64,000 nt of DNA, from contig CAWGBN010000009.1 in the NCBI GenBank assembly GCA_963820825.1, positions 192,001 to 256,000 on the forward strand, written 5' to 3'. Below, one piece after another: positions 10,077-20,533 of the stretch (the first letter of the stretch is position 1; each line of letters starts with the position of its first letter). The position numbers were made by a program, and so were the translations under genes. Under the pieces are notes generated by a model, which was not told where the DNA came from, ran no database searches, and saw nothing but the letters and a program-made list of their open reading frames with translations. The stretch is from Vulcanimicrobiota bacterium. Its GTDB lineage: Bacteria > Vulcanimicrobiota > Vulcanimicrobiia > Vulcanimicrobiales > Vulcanimicrobiaceae.

Positions 10077-10264
10077 GCGCAACGGCCTCGACGAGACCCA
10101 AGCGCCGGACGCGCCGCTGTATGCCGCAGAGGGGACTCCGACGCGAGCGCCATTGACAGGAGGTCATAATCTTCGGCAGCAGATGGCGCGAGCGCGGCGT
10201 AGCAGGAGCGCCAAACGATGTGGCGCGACGAGCTACCCGACGCGGCATGCAGCGGCGAGTTCAT
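10073..10264 (-). CDS. Small hypothetical ORF inside the nuo operon
   Basis: 63 aa; ATGA overlap with the nuoD stop and with the nuoE start; no recognisable domain; may contain indels. Confidence 0.4.
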   Translation of the reverse strand: MNSPLHAASGSSSRHIVWRSCYAALAPSAAEDYDLLSMALASESPLRHTAARPALGSRRGRCA

Positions 10265-11480
10265 CGGTCGACCTCGCCGAAGACGGGATCGAGCGAGCCG
10301 ATCATCACGACGAGATCGGCGATGAGATTCCCGGGGCGATGCCTTTGAGCGCTTGCAGATTGTACATGCTCGGCGGACGCGTGCGGATGCGCCACGGGCG
10401 GTTCTCGCCGTTGCTGACGACGTAGTAACCGAGCTCGCCCCGCGGCGACTCGATCGATTGATAGACGTCGCCCGGCGGCACGCGGAAGCCTTCGCTGATC
10501 AGCTTGAAGTGATGGATCAACGCTTCCATCGAGAGCGCGATCGTCTCTTTCGGAGGGAGCGCGACCTTCGGATCGTCGATCATTACCGGACCCGCCGCGT
10601 CGAGCCGCTTGCGCGCTTGCTCGATGATGCGCATCGACTGCTCCATCTCGTCGAGCCGCACGAGGAAACGTGCGTACGCGTCGCCTTCGTCGCGGGTCGG
10701 TACGTCGAAGTCGTACGTCTCGTATCCCGTATACGGAAAGGCCTTGCGCACGTCGTAGGCGACGCCGCTCGCGCGCAGCGCCGGGCCGGTGACGTTCCAT
10801 TCGATCGCCGCCTCGGGCGTGAGATAGCCGACGTCAATGGTCCGGTCTTGGAAGATCGGATTGGCCTGCAGCAGACCGCGCAGCTCGCGTATGCGACCGG
10901 GAAACTTTTCGATCAGCGCGTCGAGTTTTTCGACGTATCCTTGCGGAAGATCGCCGTTGAGGCCGCCGACGCGGATATAGTTCGGATGCATGCGCGCGCC
11001 GCCCGAGGCCTCTTGGAGATCGAGGATGTTCTCGCGCAGGTCGAAGCAATAAAAGAAGACCGAGATCGCGCCGAGGTCGATGCCGTGCGTACCGAGCCAG
11101 ACGCAGTGCGAGGCGATGCGCGTGAGCTCCATCTGCAGAACGCGGACGATCTGCGCGCGCTGCGGGATGCGATCGGTGATGCCGAGGAGCCGCTCGACGG
11201 CGAGCGCGTAGCAGAGCGCGTTTGACGAGGGCGCGAGATAATCCATGCGCTCCATCACGGTCTGCACTTGCGTCCAGAAGAGTCCCTCGGCCGTCTTCTC
11301 GATGCCCGTATGAAGGTAACCGATCTCGGGATCGGCCTTGACGACGTTCTCACTCTCGATCTCGAGGACGATCTGCAGCACGCCGTGGGTAGACGGGTGC
11401 TGCGGACCCATCGAGAGCACCATCGTGTTGCCCTCGCGGCTGACCACGTCGGCTGAGAGTGGCGTCGCGGAGATCGTCAC
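10261..11480 (-). CDS. nuoD: NADH-quinone oxidoreductase subunit D (frameshift near 10330, probably an assembly indel)
   Basis: GPQHPSTHGVL, IGYLHTGIEK, ESPRGELG; the canonical C-terminus IADLVVMIGSLDPVFGEVDR is in another frame. Confidence 0.95.
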
Positions 11481-12070
11481 GAGCCGCGCGCCCGCTTCAC
11501 TTCTTCTTGCAACGCTTCGAGCGTTCTCCCCGAAGGCGGCGTGCCTGCGACGACGTTGCTCTTATTTGCAAAGTTCGGTCGCGGTGCGCGTTCGCGCGCG
11601 GGGCCGCGCATCGGATAATCTTTGCGCAACGGATGCCCTTCCCAATCGTGCGGCATCTGAATGCGGCGCAAATCGGGGTGTCCTTCGAAGACGATTCCGA
11701 AGAGATCGAAGACTTCGCGCTCCGCCCAATCGGCCGACTTCCAAAGGTCGACGGCCGAGGCCAACCGTTCGCCCTCGTCGAGTCCGCAGAGCAGGCGTAG
11801 ACGCGCCGGCGTCCCGATCTCCTTGACGCCCGACTTCTTCGCCGGCAGCTTGAGCAAGTGGTAGACGACGTCGAAGCGCGGAGCTCGCTGCAGATAGTCG
11901 ACCGCGCCGAGATCGAGGAGCATCGTATACCCTTCCGCCTTGAGCGCCTCGAGACGCGCGCGAAGCTGCGCGGGTACGATCCGCTCGATCGACGCGTCGT
12001 CGATCGGCGGGCGCAGGCTCGTTGGATCGATCGCCGCACCGGCGATCGGCGGAGTTTGCGTACTAGGCAG
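11477..12070 (-). CDS. nuoC: NADH-quinone oxidoreductase subunit C
   Basis: WAEREVFDLFGIVFEGHPDLRRI…GHPLRKDYP; frame stays open upstream of ATG 11923 to a CTG at 12070 preceded by GAGGG. Confidence 0.92.
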   Translation of the reverse strand: MPSTQTPPIAGAAIDPTSLRPPIDDASIERIVPAQLRARLEALKAEGYTMLLDLGAVDYLQRAPRFDVVYHLLKLPAKKSGVKEIGTPARLRLLCGLDEGERLASAVDLWKSADWAEREVFDLFGIVFEGHPDLRRIQMPHDWEGHPLRKDYPMRGPARERAPRPNFANKSNVVAGTPPSGRTLEALQEEVKRARGS

Positions 12071-12099
12071 GATGCACCCTCGAAGCTATGAGTTGAACG

Positions 12100-12578
12100 T
12101 TAGGCTCGCGCCAGGATTCCACCGCGTCCGCCCTCACGGATCTGCTGCTGAATCAGGTTGACCGCGTAGAGCAGACCGTCGGGCGTGGGCGGACAGCCCG
12201 GAACGTAAACATCGACCGGAATGATGGTATCGACACCTTGAATGATGGCGTAGTTGTCGAAGATGCCGCCCGAACTCGCGCAGGCACCCATCGAGATGAC
12301 CCACTTGGGATCGGCCATTTGATCGTAGAGACGCTTCACGACCGGGCCCATCTTCTGCGCGACGCGCCCGGAGACGATCATGAGATCGGCCTGCCGCGGC
12401 GAGCTGCGAAAGACTTCCGACCCGAGCCGCGCGATGTCGTACTCGGTGCCGTCACGCTCATCATCTCGATCGCGCAGCAGGCAAGGCCCATCGTGAGCGG
12501 CCAGACCGACGAGCTCTGCGCCCAGCGCGCGACGTCGTCGAGACGCGCGAGCATGAATTGCCCCGGTCCTAACGCCAT
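12100..12578 (-). CDS. nuoB: NADH-quinone oxidoreductase subunit B (frameshift near 12445)
   Basis: [15 protein letters not shown] in one frame; [12 protein letters not shown]…[10 protein letters not shown]…VPGCPP in the next frame. Confidence 0.94.
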
Positions 12579-12922
12579 ACGAAGCCGCCCTTCTTCCAAA
12601 CGTAGGCGTAGCCGATCGCGAGCACGACGATGAAGATCACCATCTCGAGCAGACCGAAGACGCGCAGCGCGTGCATCTTGACCGCCCAGGGATAGAACGA
12701 GGCCGCTTCCACGTCGAAGACCACGAAGAGCATCGCGATCAAGTAAAAGCGCACCGGGAATCGTCCGGCAACCGGCGACGTCGGTTCGACGCCGCACTCG
12801 TAGGCCTCGCGCTTGTGCTGGTTCGGTCGCGCTCGCGCCAAGAGGCCGGGAATGACCGTGAAGAGGAGGGCAGCCGCGAAGGCGACGCAGAGGTAGATCG
12901 CGACCGGACCGTACGGATTCAT
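12569..12922 (-). CDS. nuoA: NADH-quinone oxidoreductase subunit A
   Basis: YECG…[14 protein letters not shown]…WKKG. Confidence 0.96.
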   Translation of the reverse strand: MNPYGPVAIYLCVAFAAALLFTVIPGLLARARPNQHKREAYECGVEPTSPVAGRFPVRFYLIAMLFVVFDVEAASFYPWAVKMHALRVFGLLEMVIFIVVLAIGYAYVWKKGGFVWR

Positions 12923-12925
12923 GGC

Positions 12926-12943
12926 TTGTGAAAGTTTTCACAA
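12926..12943. promoter_or_regulatory. Rex operator (NADH/NAD+-sensing repressor site)
   Basis: TTGTGAA-AGTT-TTCACAA, an exact match to the TTGTGAA-N4-TTCACAA consensus, 3 nt upstream of the nuoA ATG. Confidence 0.85.
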
Positions 12944-12979
12944 GCGCTGCCCCATACCTGGCTCCAAACGGGCGCCACG

Positions 12980-15900
12980 GTGGCTTCGGCGAGCAAGGAA
13001 GACCTCGACGCCGACGAAGCCTCAGCCATCGCAACTCCCGACCTTCGCATCCGGCTCTTCGGTCACGTTGCCGTGGAAGTGGACGGCGCGCCGTTTCGTC
13101 TCGCGACGCCGCGCAAGACCCTGCCGATTCTCGCTTACTTGCTCATGAATCGCGACGCCCCGGTCGCGCGCGACTTCCTTGCGTACGTTATGTGGCCCGA
13201 CGAAGAGGAAGACTCGGCGCGGAGCAGGCTTCGGATGAACCTCTACGAGCTCGGACGGGTTCTGCCGCCCTCGCCGGCGGGAGGCCCGTTGCTGGTAACG
13301 ACCGACAGCGTCGCCGTCCGGCCCGATCTCCGACTCTGGCTCGACGTCGAAGCCTTCGACCGGCTCGTCACCGATCCGGAGCGTATCGAGGAAGCGCTCG
13401 CGCTCTACCGGGGCGACCTGCTCGCATCGCTCTACGACGAATGGATCCTTCCGGAGCGGGAGCGCCGGCGGAACCTCTACCTCGCCGGACTCTCGAGGCT
13501 GGTCTCCGAGGCGCGCCGGCGGCGCGATTTCCCCCTCGGGCTCGAGCGAGCGCAGCGAATCTCTCGCTCGACCCATGGCGCGAAGACATCGTCCGCCAAG
13601 TGATGGCGCTGCGCTCGGAGTCGGGAGATCGTGCCGGCGCGCTCGCCGAGTACGGGCGCTTCGCCGCGCTCTTGCGCAGCGAGCTCGGCGTCGATCCGAT
13701 GCCCGAGACGATGACCGTCCGCGAGACGATCGCGCGGGGGGAATCGCTCGACGGCGCGGCCGCAGACGATCCGGCGAGCCCGGCAACGCTCGCCCGCGCC
13801 GCAACGCTTCCGTTCGTCGGGCGGCGAGCCGAGCTCGATCGGCTCTTGGAGGCGTGGAGCCGGGTCGCACGCGGGGGGCGCGGAACCTTCGTCTTCGTCG
13901 GCGGCGAGGCCGGGGTCGGAAAGTCGCGGCTGGCGATCGAGTTCGCGCATGCCGTCGAAGAGCGCGGCGGACGCGTCTTGCTTGGAGCGACGGGATCGCC
14001 CGAGGCAACGCCTTACGAAAGCGTGGTCGATGCGCTGCGTTCGGCGCTGCCGCTCGTCGCCTCGCTCAAACCGACGATCTCGCTCGCCTGCGTCGCCTCG
14101 CTCTTGCCCGAGATACGCGTACGCTTTCCCTTGCTGCCGCATCCTCCCCAGATCGACGCCGAAGGCGAACGGATTCGGCTCTTCGAGTCGGTCTTTCGCA
14201 CGCTCGCCGATCTCAGCGCGCCGCGACCGCTGCTGGTGGTACTCGAAGATCTGCAGTGGGCCGGATCGGCATCGATCTCGCTCTTACAATTCTTATCGCG
14301 CCGTATCTCCGGCGTGCGCGTGATGATCGTCGTCACCTACCGCGACGACGCGACGCCGCGTCCGCATCCGCTCCACCGGCTCCGTCAAGAGGCGCGCGCG
14401 GAAGGGAGCGCGCTGAGCCTCTCGCTCTCGCCGTTATCGATCGGCGATCTCGAACAGCTCACCGGCGCGATCCACGAGATCCGCGAGATTCCCGCGGCAA
14501 CGCTGCTCGCAACCTCGGCCGGCAATCCGCTCTTCGTCACTCAGCTCGTCGACGATTACCGCAAAGGCGGGCGCGCCTTCCAGCCCCAGAGTCTGCAAGC
14601 GCTCGTCGAGCGCCGCATCGAAGACCTCTCTCCCGACGCGCGCTGCGCAGCAGAGATCGCCGCAGGCATCGGCGTTGCTTTCTCACGCGATGCCGTGCGC
14701 GAGGTGAGCGGTTGGGACGAAGCGACCTTTCGCGAGGCGCTCGACGAATTGATCGACCGCCGAATCGTGCGCGAAACGAGCGGCCGCGGTCTCTTCGAGT
14801 ACGCGTTCGCGCATCACGTCTTGTACGACGCGATAACGCGAGCCGCACCGCCAGAACGGGCGGCGAACCGTCATCATCGGATCGCTCGGGTGCTCGAAGA
14901 GCTCTATCCCGACCGGTTCCCGGAGCTCTCCGCGGCAATTGCGTCGCACTACGAGCTGGCCGGCGATGCGGCAAACGCCGCACGCTGCTATCGCGCGGCG
15001 GTACGGCGCTCGATGGCGCTCGGCGCGCTCGCCGAGGCGCGCGAGCAGTGCGATCGCGCCATCGCCCTGACGCGGGAGCCCCAACAACGCGCGGAGCTCT
15101 TGCTCGAGCGCGCCACGATCGAAGGACGTCGCGGCGACCGCGCCGCGTGGCACGCGGCGCTCGTCGCAGCCGAGACGGCAATCGCCGGCGTCGAGGATCA
15201 GGACTTGAAGCGAATCGCTTTGACGCGGCGCGTTGAGTTCGCATTGAGCACGAACGACGCCGCCGCACACGCGAGGGCGATCGCCGAACTGCGGGTGCGC
15301 GCGCAGGAGGGAGATCCGCAGTGGCAGGTGTCGCTCGGCATCGCCGAAGCGAGACTCGCCTACGCGCTCGGTCAACTCGCCGAGTCGTACGCCGCGGCGC
15401 AGACGGCGCTTGCGTTGAGCCGCGAAGCGCACGACGACGCGTCGGCAGCGCAAGCGCTGAGCTGCCTGGCGAATATTGAATCGCATCGCGGACATCTATC
15501 CGAAGCTGAGACGCTGCTCGAAGAGGCGAGCCGTGCGGCGACCAAAGCGAGCGATCCCGTCCTGGAACGCGAATCCTTACGAAGCGCTTGGACCTTGGCG
15601 TACCAGCGCCGCAACATGCCGCGGTGCATCGAACTGGGAACGCGCTTGCTCGAGCTATCGACCGCCTCGGGGGACCGGTTCGGCGAAGCAGTCGCGCGCA
15701 GCCGGCTCGGCATCGTCTTGGCTTCGGTCGGCGGCCGGTCTGCCGAAGCACGCGAGCATATCGCAGCGTCCACCGCCATCTTCTCCGAACACGGCAACGT
15801 CAGCGCGACGGCCGGCGAGCTGCTCAACCAGGCGGTGCTCGAAACCCGCGTCGGATTCTTCGACAAGGCGCGCGCCGCCACGGAGAAGGCCGTCACCCTC

Positions 15901-16503
15901 TTCGAGCGCGTCGGCGACGCGCGTGGACGTCTCACCGGGCTCGGTAACCTCGTGCTCGTCAGCGCCTGCGAGCGCGATCTCGCGGCGGCTCGACGAGCTG
16001 CAGGCGAGGCGCTCGAGGCATCGCGCGAACTCGGTTTTAGTTTGATCGAGGCGGCGGTACTCGAGAACCTCGCCTTCGCCGAAGGCGCCGCCGGCGACTA
16101 CGCAGACGCGATCGCCCATGCTGAAGCCTCGCTCGAGGTTCGCGCTCGCTCGCAGTCACAGATTTGGTCGGCCAAAACGCTGGCCGATCTAGCGATCTGG
16201 CAGGCCGCACTCGGCAATCTCGAGAGAGCGCGCGAGTACGCACAGCGCATGCTCGCCAGTGAGGAGACGTTTCTACGAAGCACGGAGTGGCCGCAGTACT
16301 GTTATTGGGCTGCGGCTCAGGTCTTTCGGCTCCTCGGGGACCGCGCAACGGCGGCCCGAATGCTCAAACAGGCGAAGCAAATCATGGAGAGCACCGCACA
16401 GGAGCTCGATCCGGAAGACCGGGAGCATTTTCTCGGCATCGCATGGCATCGCGATATCGCCGAAGCCGTCCGCTACGACGCCTGGCCGATTCCTCCGCGA
16501 TAG
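12980..16503 (+). CDS. SARP/AfsR-like regulator: wHTH + BTAD + AAA ATPase + TPR (frameshift near 13560)
   Basis: LRIRLFG…LAYLL…[29 protein letters not shown]…[17 protein letters not shown]…[20 protein letters not shown]-like helical repeats. Confidence 0.88.
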
Positions 16504-16545
16504 TTCTGAAACGATTTCGAACGCCGCCCCTGCTACGATGGTATC

Positions 16546-16625
16546 GGGAGTCGCGACAGAGCCGTAGCTCGTCGCGCTTGGAGCGCTCCGCGGGGGACGG
16601 GTCCGGGAGACCGTCCCCCCGCTCT
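16546..16625 (+). ncRNA. Candidate small structured RNA or leader (two hairpins downstream of an extended -10)
   Basis: TGcTACGAT at 16531-16539; hairpin CGCGAC-A-GAGC/cgta/GCTC-GTCGCG; GC-rich hairpin GCGGGGGACGG…CCGTCCCCCCGC. Confidence 0.3.
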
Positions 16626-16685
16626 CATCTATCGACGCTACCGCACCGCGGGGAACTTCACCGCACCAACGCAAAGAAATCAAGA

Positions 16686-17186
16686 ATGCGGTACGCCGTT
16701 CTGGGGACGCTCTTACTCTTCGCTTTGGGCGATTCGTGTTCGCCGCCGCCCAACGTCGTCGGCGTACAAGATTTCGGCCACGTCGTCGGGAGGGTTCTCG
16801 ATGCGATGACCAACCGGCCGATCGGCAACGCGCTGATCTCGGTCGGATCGCTCTATACGACCCGTGCCGACGTCAGCGGCGCCTTCAATCTGCGCTCGAT
16901 TGCAGGCGATCAGACGGTGACCGCCCGCGCGGCCGGATACTCGACGGCGACCGCCGACGCGACGATTCCCAAAGACGGTACCGCCTCGATCGGCTACATC
17001 CGCCTCGTGCAACTGACGGCACCGGCCGGAGAACCGACGCTCGCCCCGCCGGCCACGCCCTCGCCGCAGCCCTCGCCCACGACGCCGGCGGCCGCGCCGG
17101 CCTCAAGCATGCCGCCCTCAAGCACGCCGGCCCCTGCAGCGCCTGCCGCCGTCGCGCCGAGTCCCGGACCGAGCGGTTCGCCCTAA
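16686..17186 (+). CDS. Secreted/lipoprotein with carboxypeptidase-regulatory-like domain and Pro/Ala-rich tail
   Basis: Signal peptide ending …ALGDSC; GRVLDAMTNRPIGNALIS…TVTARAAGY. Confidence 0.7.
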   Translation: MRYAVLGTLLLFALGDSCSPPPNVVGVQDFGHVVGRVLDAMTNRPIGNALISVGSLYTTRADVSGAFNLRSIAGDQTVTARAAGYSTATADATIPKDGTASIGYIRLVQLTAPAGEPTLAPPATPSPQPSPTTPAAAPASSMPPSSTPAPAAPAAVAPSPGPSGSP

Positions 17187-17190
17187 GCGA

Positions 17191-18792
17191 TCAACTTAGG
17201 CGCAACGACGCAAGATCGAGATCGTACTCGATCGAGCGATAGATGTCGTCGGGAATTTCGCCGCCACGCCGCATCTCGGTGATCGCGCGGCGCTCGGCCG
17301 CGAGCGCCTCCTTCTGCAGCCCGCGATCGATTCGCGTCTCGCGCACCACGTCAATATCATCCTTTTCGACTTTTCCGCGTAGAACGTCGATGCGTTGCTG
17401 ATACTCTTCGAGCACGCGACCGGCAACCTCGCGTTCGAGCGGCGTCCTGCGCTCGGCCTCCGCTTCGCGTTCGCGCAGCCGCGCGATACCCGCCTCGAGC
17501 GCGCGAATCCGCAGATCGGTCTCCCGCCGTTGGCTTCGGCTGGTCTCCGTAACGCCGAGCCATTCGATAAGCGGTCCGAGCGTCAGCCCCTGAAAGACGA
17601 GCGTCACGAAGATGACGCAAAAGGTGAAGAAAATCGCGAGGCTGCGCTGCGGAAATGGATTATCGCCCAGCGTATAGGGCAGCGACAGCGCGACCGCGAG
17701 CGAGACGATGCCGCGCATTCCCGCCCATGAGAGTACCGTAACCCGCTCCCACTGCGGCGCCGGGTCGCTCTCGCGCACGCGGCGGCTCAAAATGTACGGC
17801 AAGTAGCTCGTGGGAAAGATCCAGGCGATACGGACGACGATGACGGTGAGGCTCAGGAGCAAACCGTAGAGCGCGTAATCGCGTACGTGCGGTTCGAGGG
17901 CCTCGATGATCGCGGGCAGCTGAAGCCCGATGAGCAGAAACGCGTACGCGTTGAGCACGAAGATGAGCAGACGCCAGACGGAGCCGGCGAGCACGCGGGA
18001 GTCGGAATCGATGAAGGCGCTCGAGCGCCAGCTCAACAGCATTCCGGCGGTGACGGCCGCAAGCACGCCGGAGACGTGGAGCTCTTCGGCGGGGAGATAT
18101 GCGGCGAAGGGCGCCAGCAAGAAGACGACGCTCGAGATCAGCGCGTCGGCGTAGCCGCGCCGGGCAATATAGCGAAGAACGCCTTCGAGCGCAAACGCGA
18201 TCGCCGCACCGACGAGCGCGCCGCCGACGGCAACGATGACGAAGGCGACGCTCGCGCGCGCCAGCGAGAACGCCCCGGTGATCGCCGCGACGAGCGCAAA
18301 GCGATAGAGCACGAGCGCCGTCGCATCGTTCATCAAACACTCGCCGCCGACGATTGCGGCGACGCGCCGCGGGATCGCCAACCGCTCGAAGATCGCCTCC
18401 GACGCCACGGCGTCGGGAGGCGAAACGATCGCGCCGAGCGTGAAGGCGAGTGGCCAGGTGAACTCCGGAACGGTGTAGTGAACGACGACCGCGACGACTC
18501 CCATCGTGACGATCACCAATCCCACTGCATGGAGCGTAATCGGTATCGCGGCGCGCTTGAACTCCAGCCAATCCGTCGACCACGCCGCGCCGTAGAGCAG
18601 CGGCGGGATAACCAGCAGCATGATGACGTCGGGGTCGATATGCGGGCGCGGCAGGTGGCGGCTGAAGGCGAGCGCCACGCCGCCGATCACGAACGCGATC
18701 GGATAGGGAACGCGCAAGCGTTTCGCGACCAGCGTCAGGATGACGATGGCGGCGAGAAACGTGACGAGGACGGCCGCTTCAGAGATCGGCGT
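17191..18792 (-). CDS. Na+/H+ antiporter, CPA1 (NhaP/YjcE-like)
   Basis: VPYPIAFVIGG, PPLLY, LGAIVSPPDAVA, GECLMNDATALV, WAGMRGIVSLA; the first TM helix lies upstream of the TTG at 18717, so the start is uncertain. Confidence 0.9.
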   Translation of the reverse strand, partial: TPISEAAVLVTFLAAIVILTLVAKRLRVPYPIAFVIGGVALAFSRHLPRPHIDPDVIMLLVIPPLLYGAAWSTDWLEFKRAAIPITLHAVGLVIVTMGVVAVVVHYTVPEFTWPLAFTLGAIVSPPDAVASEAIFERLAIPRRVAAIVGGECLMNDATALVLYRFALVAAITGAFSLARASVAFVIVAVGGALVGAAIAFALEGVLRYIARRGYADALISSVVFLLAPFAAYLPAEELHVSGVLAAVTAGMLLSWRSSAFIDSDSRVLAGSVWRLLIFVLNAYAFLLIGLQLPAIIEALEPHVRDYALYGLLLSLTVIVVRIAWIFPTSYLPYILSRRVRESDPAPQWERVTVLSWAGMRGIVSLAVALSLPYTLGDNPFPQRSLAIFFTFCVIFVTLVFQGLTLGPLIEWLGVTETSRSQRRETDLRIRALEAGIARLREREAEAERRTPLEREVAGRVLEEYQQRIDVLRGKVEKDDIDVVRETRIDRGLQKEALAAERRAITEMRRGGEIPDDIYRSIEYDLDLASLRLS

Positions 18793-19372
18793 CGTCCCCG
18801 ATCGACTCGCCCATCGCGCGTAGGTCGAGCGCGTAGCCGGCGACGACCAAATATATCCGCTCCGCGCGCCCTGCCAGCCGTTGGGTCATCCGGCCCATCG
18901 CGTCGCGAAAGAGCCGGGCCGCGGCAGCGACGGGCACGACGTCCCATCCGATCTGTTCGCTGACCGCGATAACGTCGGCCGGCGACTCGAGCATCGCGTC
19001 GACAAACCGCGCGGCCTCTTCGTCGAGCTGCGATTCGAGCACCATGTAATCGATCTCCAACAGATCGATCCGCGCGGCGATCCGCGCCGAAAGCCAGGTG
19101 CCGAGCGCGTCGACGATGAGACACGTGCCCGGCGCGGCGTCGCGAAAGAGCAGGAGTTGCGCCTCGCAGCTCATCGTGGCGGTCTCGACCGTCCGCCACG
19201 TAGCCGGACGATCGCGCACGTGACGCACGAGACGCGCCCGCCACTCGACGTCCTCCGGCGCGCCGGCCGCCGTGGCGATGTACGTCACCGGACGCCGGCT
19301 CTCGAGCGCGAGCCGCACGCCGAACGCGCTCTTTCCCGAACGCACCGGGCCGGTGATGAAGATCACTGCCAT
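18779..19372 (-). CDS. cobU: Bifunctional adenosylcobinamide kinase / adenosylcobinamide-phosphate guanylyltransferase
   Basis: IFITGPVRSGKS, YIATA…EWRARLVRHVRDRPATWRTVE, RLFRDAMGRMTQ, LVVAG. Confidence 0.9.
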   Translation of the reverse strand: MAVIFITGPVRSGKSAFGVRLALESRRPVTYIATAAGAPEDVEWRARLVRHVRDRPATWRTVETATMSCEAQLLLFRDAAPGTCLIVDALGTWLSARIAARIDLLEIDYMVLESQLDEEAARFVDAMLESPADVIAVSEQIGWDVVPVAAAARLFRDAMGRMTQRLAGRAERIYLVVAGYALDLRAMGESIGDDADL

Positions 19373-19436
19373 CGCAGCGGGCCATTTCGACTCCAGGCGG
19401 CCTGCCGCCCCGCCCCGCCGAATCCGTTCCGAAGCC

Positions 19437-20531
19437 ATGGTGTTGAACGTCCTGAGCATCGCAATCGGCGTCTTCGTGATCGCGGCGAGCCTCGCCGACG
19501 TCTTTCAGGCGGTCGTCATGCCGCGCGCGACCGGGCGCCGTTACCGCATCAGCTTCTACTTCTGGCGAACGATGTGGCACCTCTGGCCGCGCGTCGCCTG
19601 GCGCCTCTTCTCCGACGGCGACCGGCGCGAAGATTTCCTTGCGGTCTTCGCGCCCTTCATGATGATCTCGTTGATCGGGCTCTGGGTCGGACTGATGATC
19701 TTCGGATTCGCGCTGGTGCTCTGGGGAACGCGCGGCGGCATCGCGCCCTCGCACGCCTCGTTTGGATCGGCGCTCTACTTCGCCGGCACGTCGCTGCTCA
19801 CGATCGGTTTCGGCGACGTCGTCGGACGCAGCGCACTCCCGCGGCTCGTCTCGATCCTGGCCGCGCTCGCCGGACTCTCGTTTCTCTCGATCATGACCGC
19901 CTTCTTATTCGCCGTCTTCGGCTCGTTTCAGCAGCGCGAAACGTTCGTCGTCACGGTTGCGGCGCGCGCCGGCTCGCCGCCGAGCGGCGTCAACCTGCTG
20001 GCGATCGCGGGATATTCGCGAACGCACGACGATCTCTCGCCGCTGATGATCGACGCGCAACGCTGGGCCGCCGCGGTCATGGAGAGCCACTTAGCCTATC
20101 CGGTGCTCGCGTTCTTCCGGTCGAGCCACGACGATCAATCCTGGGTCGGCACGCTCGGCACGCTGCTCGACGCGGCAACGCTGATGATGACCACGCTCAA
20201 AGACGTGCGCGACGGACAGGCGCGCATCTTCTACAACGTCGGCCGCCACGCGACACGCGACCTCAGCCGCTACTTTCGCGTAGAGACCCCGGATGAGACG
20301 GCCGGTATCGAGCGGGCCGAGTTCGATCACGCCTGCGATCGCTTGGAGGCCGCGGGCTACGCGCTCAACGATCGCGACGAAGCCTGGACGCGCTTCGCGA
20401 ATCTCCGCTCCGGCTATGCCGGCCGCCTCAACGTTCTCGCCCGCTTCTTCGAGATTCCGCCGCTGCAATGGATCGGCGACCGCTCGACGCTCCATGTTGC
20501 CGCACATGGCGAGTTCAAGTATCCCGCCTAA
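19437..20531 (+). CDS. Potassium channel family protein (Ion_trans_2-like pore plus cytoplasmic domain)
   Basis: ALYFAGTSLLTIGFGDVV selectivity-filter motif flanked by TM helices. Confidence 0.8.
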   Translation: MVLNVLSIAIGVFVIAASLADVFQAVVMPRATGRRYRISFYFWRTMWHLWPRVAWRLFSDGDRREDFLAVFAPFMMISLIGLWVGLMIFGFALVLWGTRGGIAPSHASFGSALYFAGTSLLTIGFGDVVGRSALPRLVSILAALAGLSFLSIMTAFLFAVFGSFQQRETFVVTVAARAGSPPSGVNLLAIAGYSRTHDDLSPLMIDAQRWAAAVMESHLAYPVLAFFRSSHDDQSWVGTLGTLLDAATLMMTTLKDVRDGQARIFYNVGRHATRDLSRYFRVETPDETAGIERAEFDHACDRLEAAGYALNDRDEAWTRFANLRSGYAGRLNVLARFFEIPPLQWIGDRSTLHVAAHGEFKYPA

Positions 20532-20533
20532 CG

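Noticed and set aside
10261..12578. nuoB and nuoD as pseudogenes or programmed frameshifts
   Set aside because: The rest of the operon is intact, no slippery-site signature is evident, and similar indels are scattered across the window.
16538..16567. Nine-codon ORF MVSGVATEP as a leader peptide
   Set aside because: Its ATG overlaps the putative -10 element and it has no SD.
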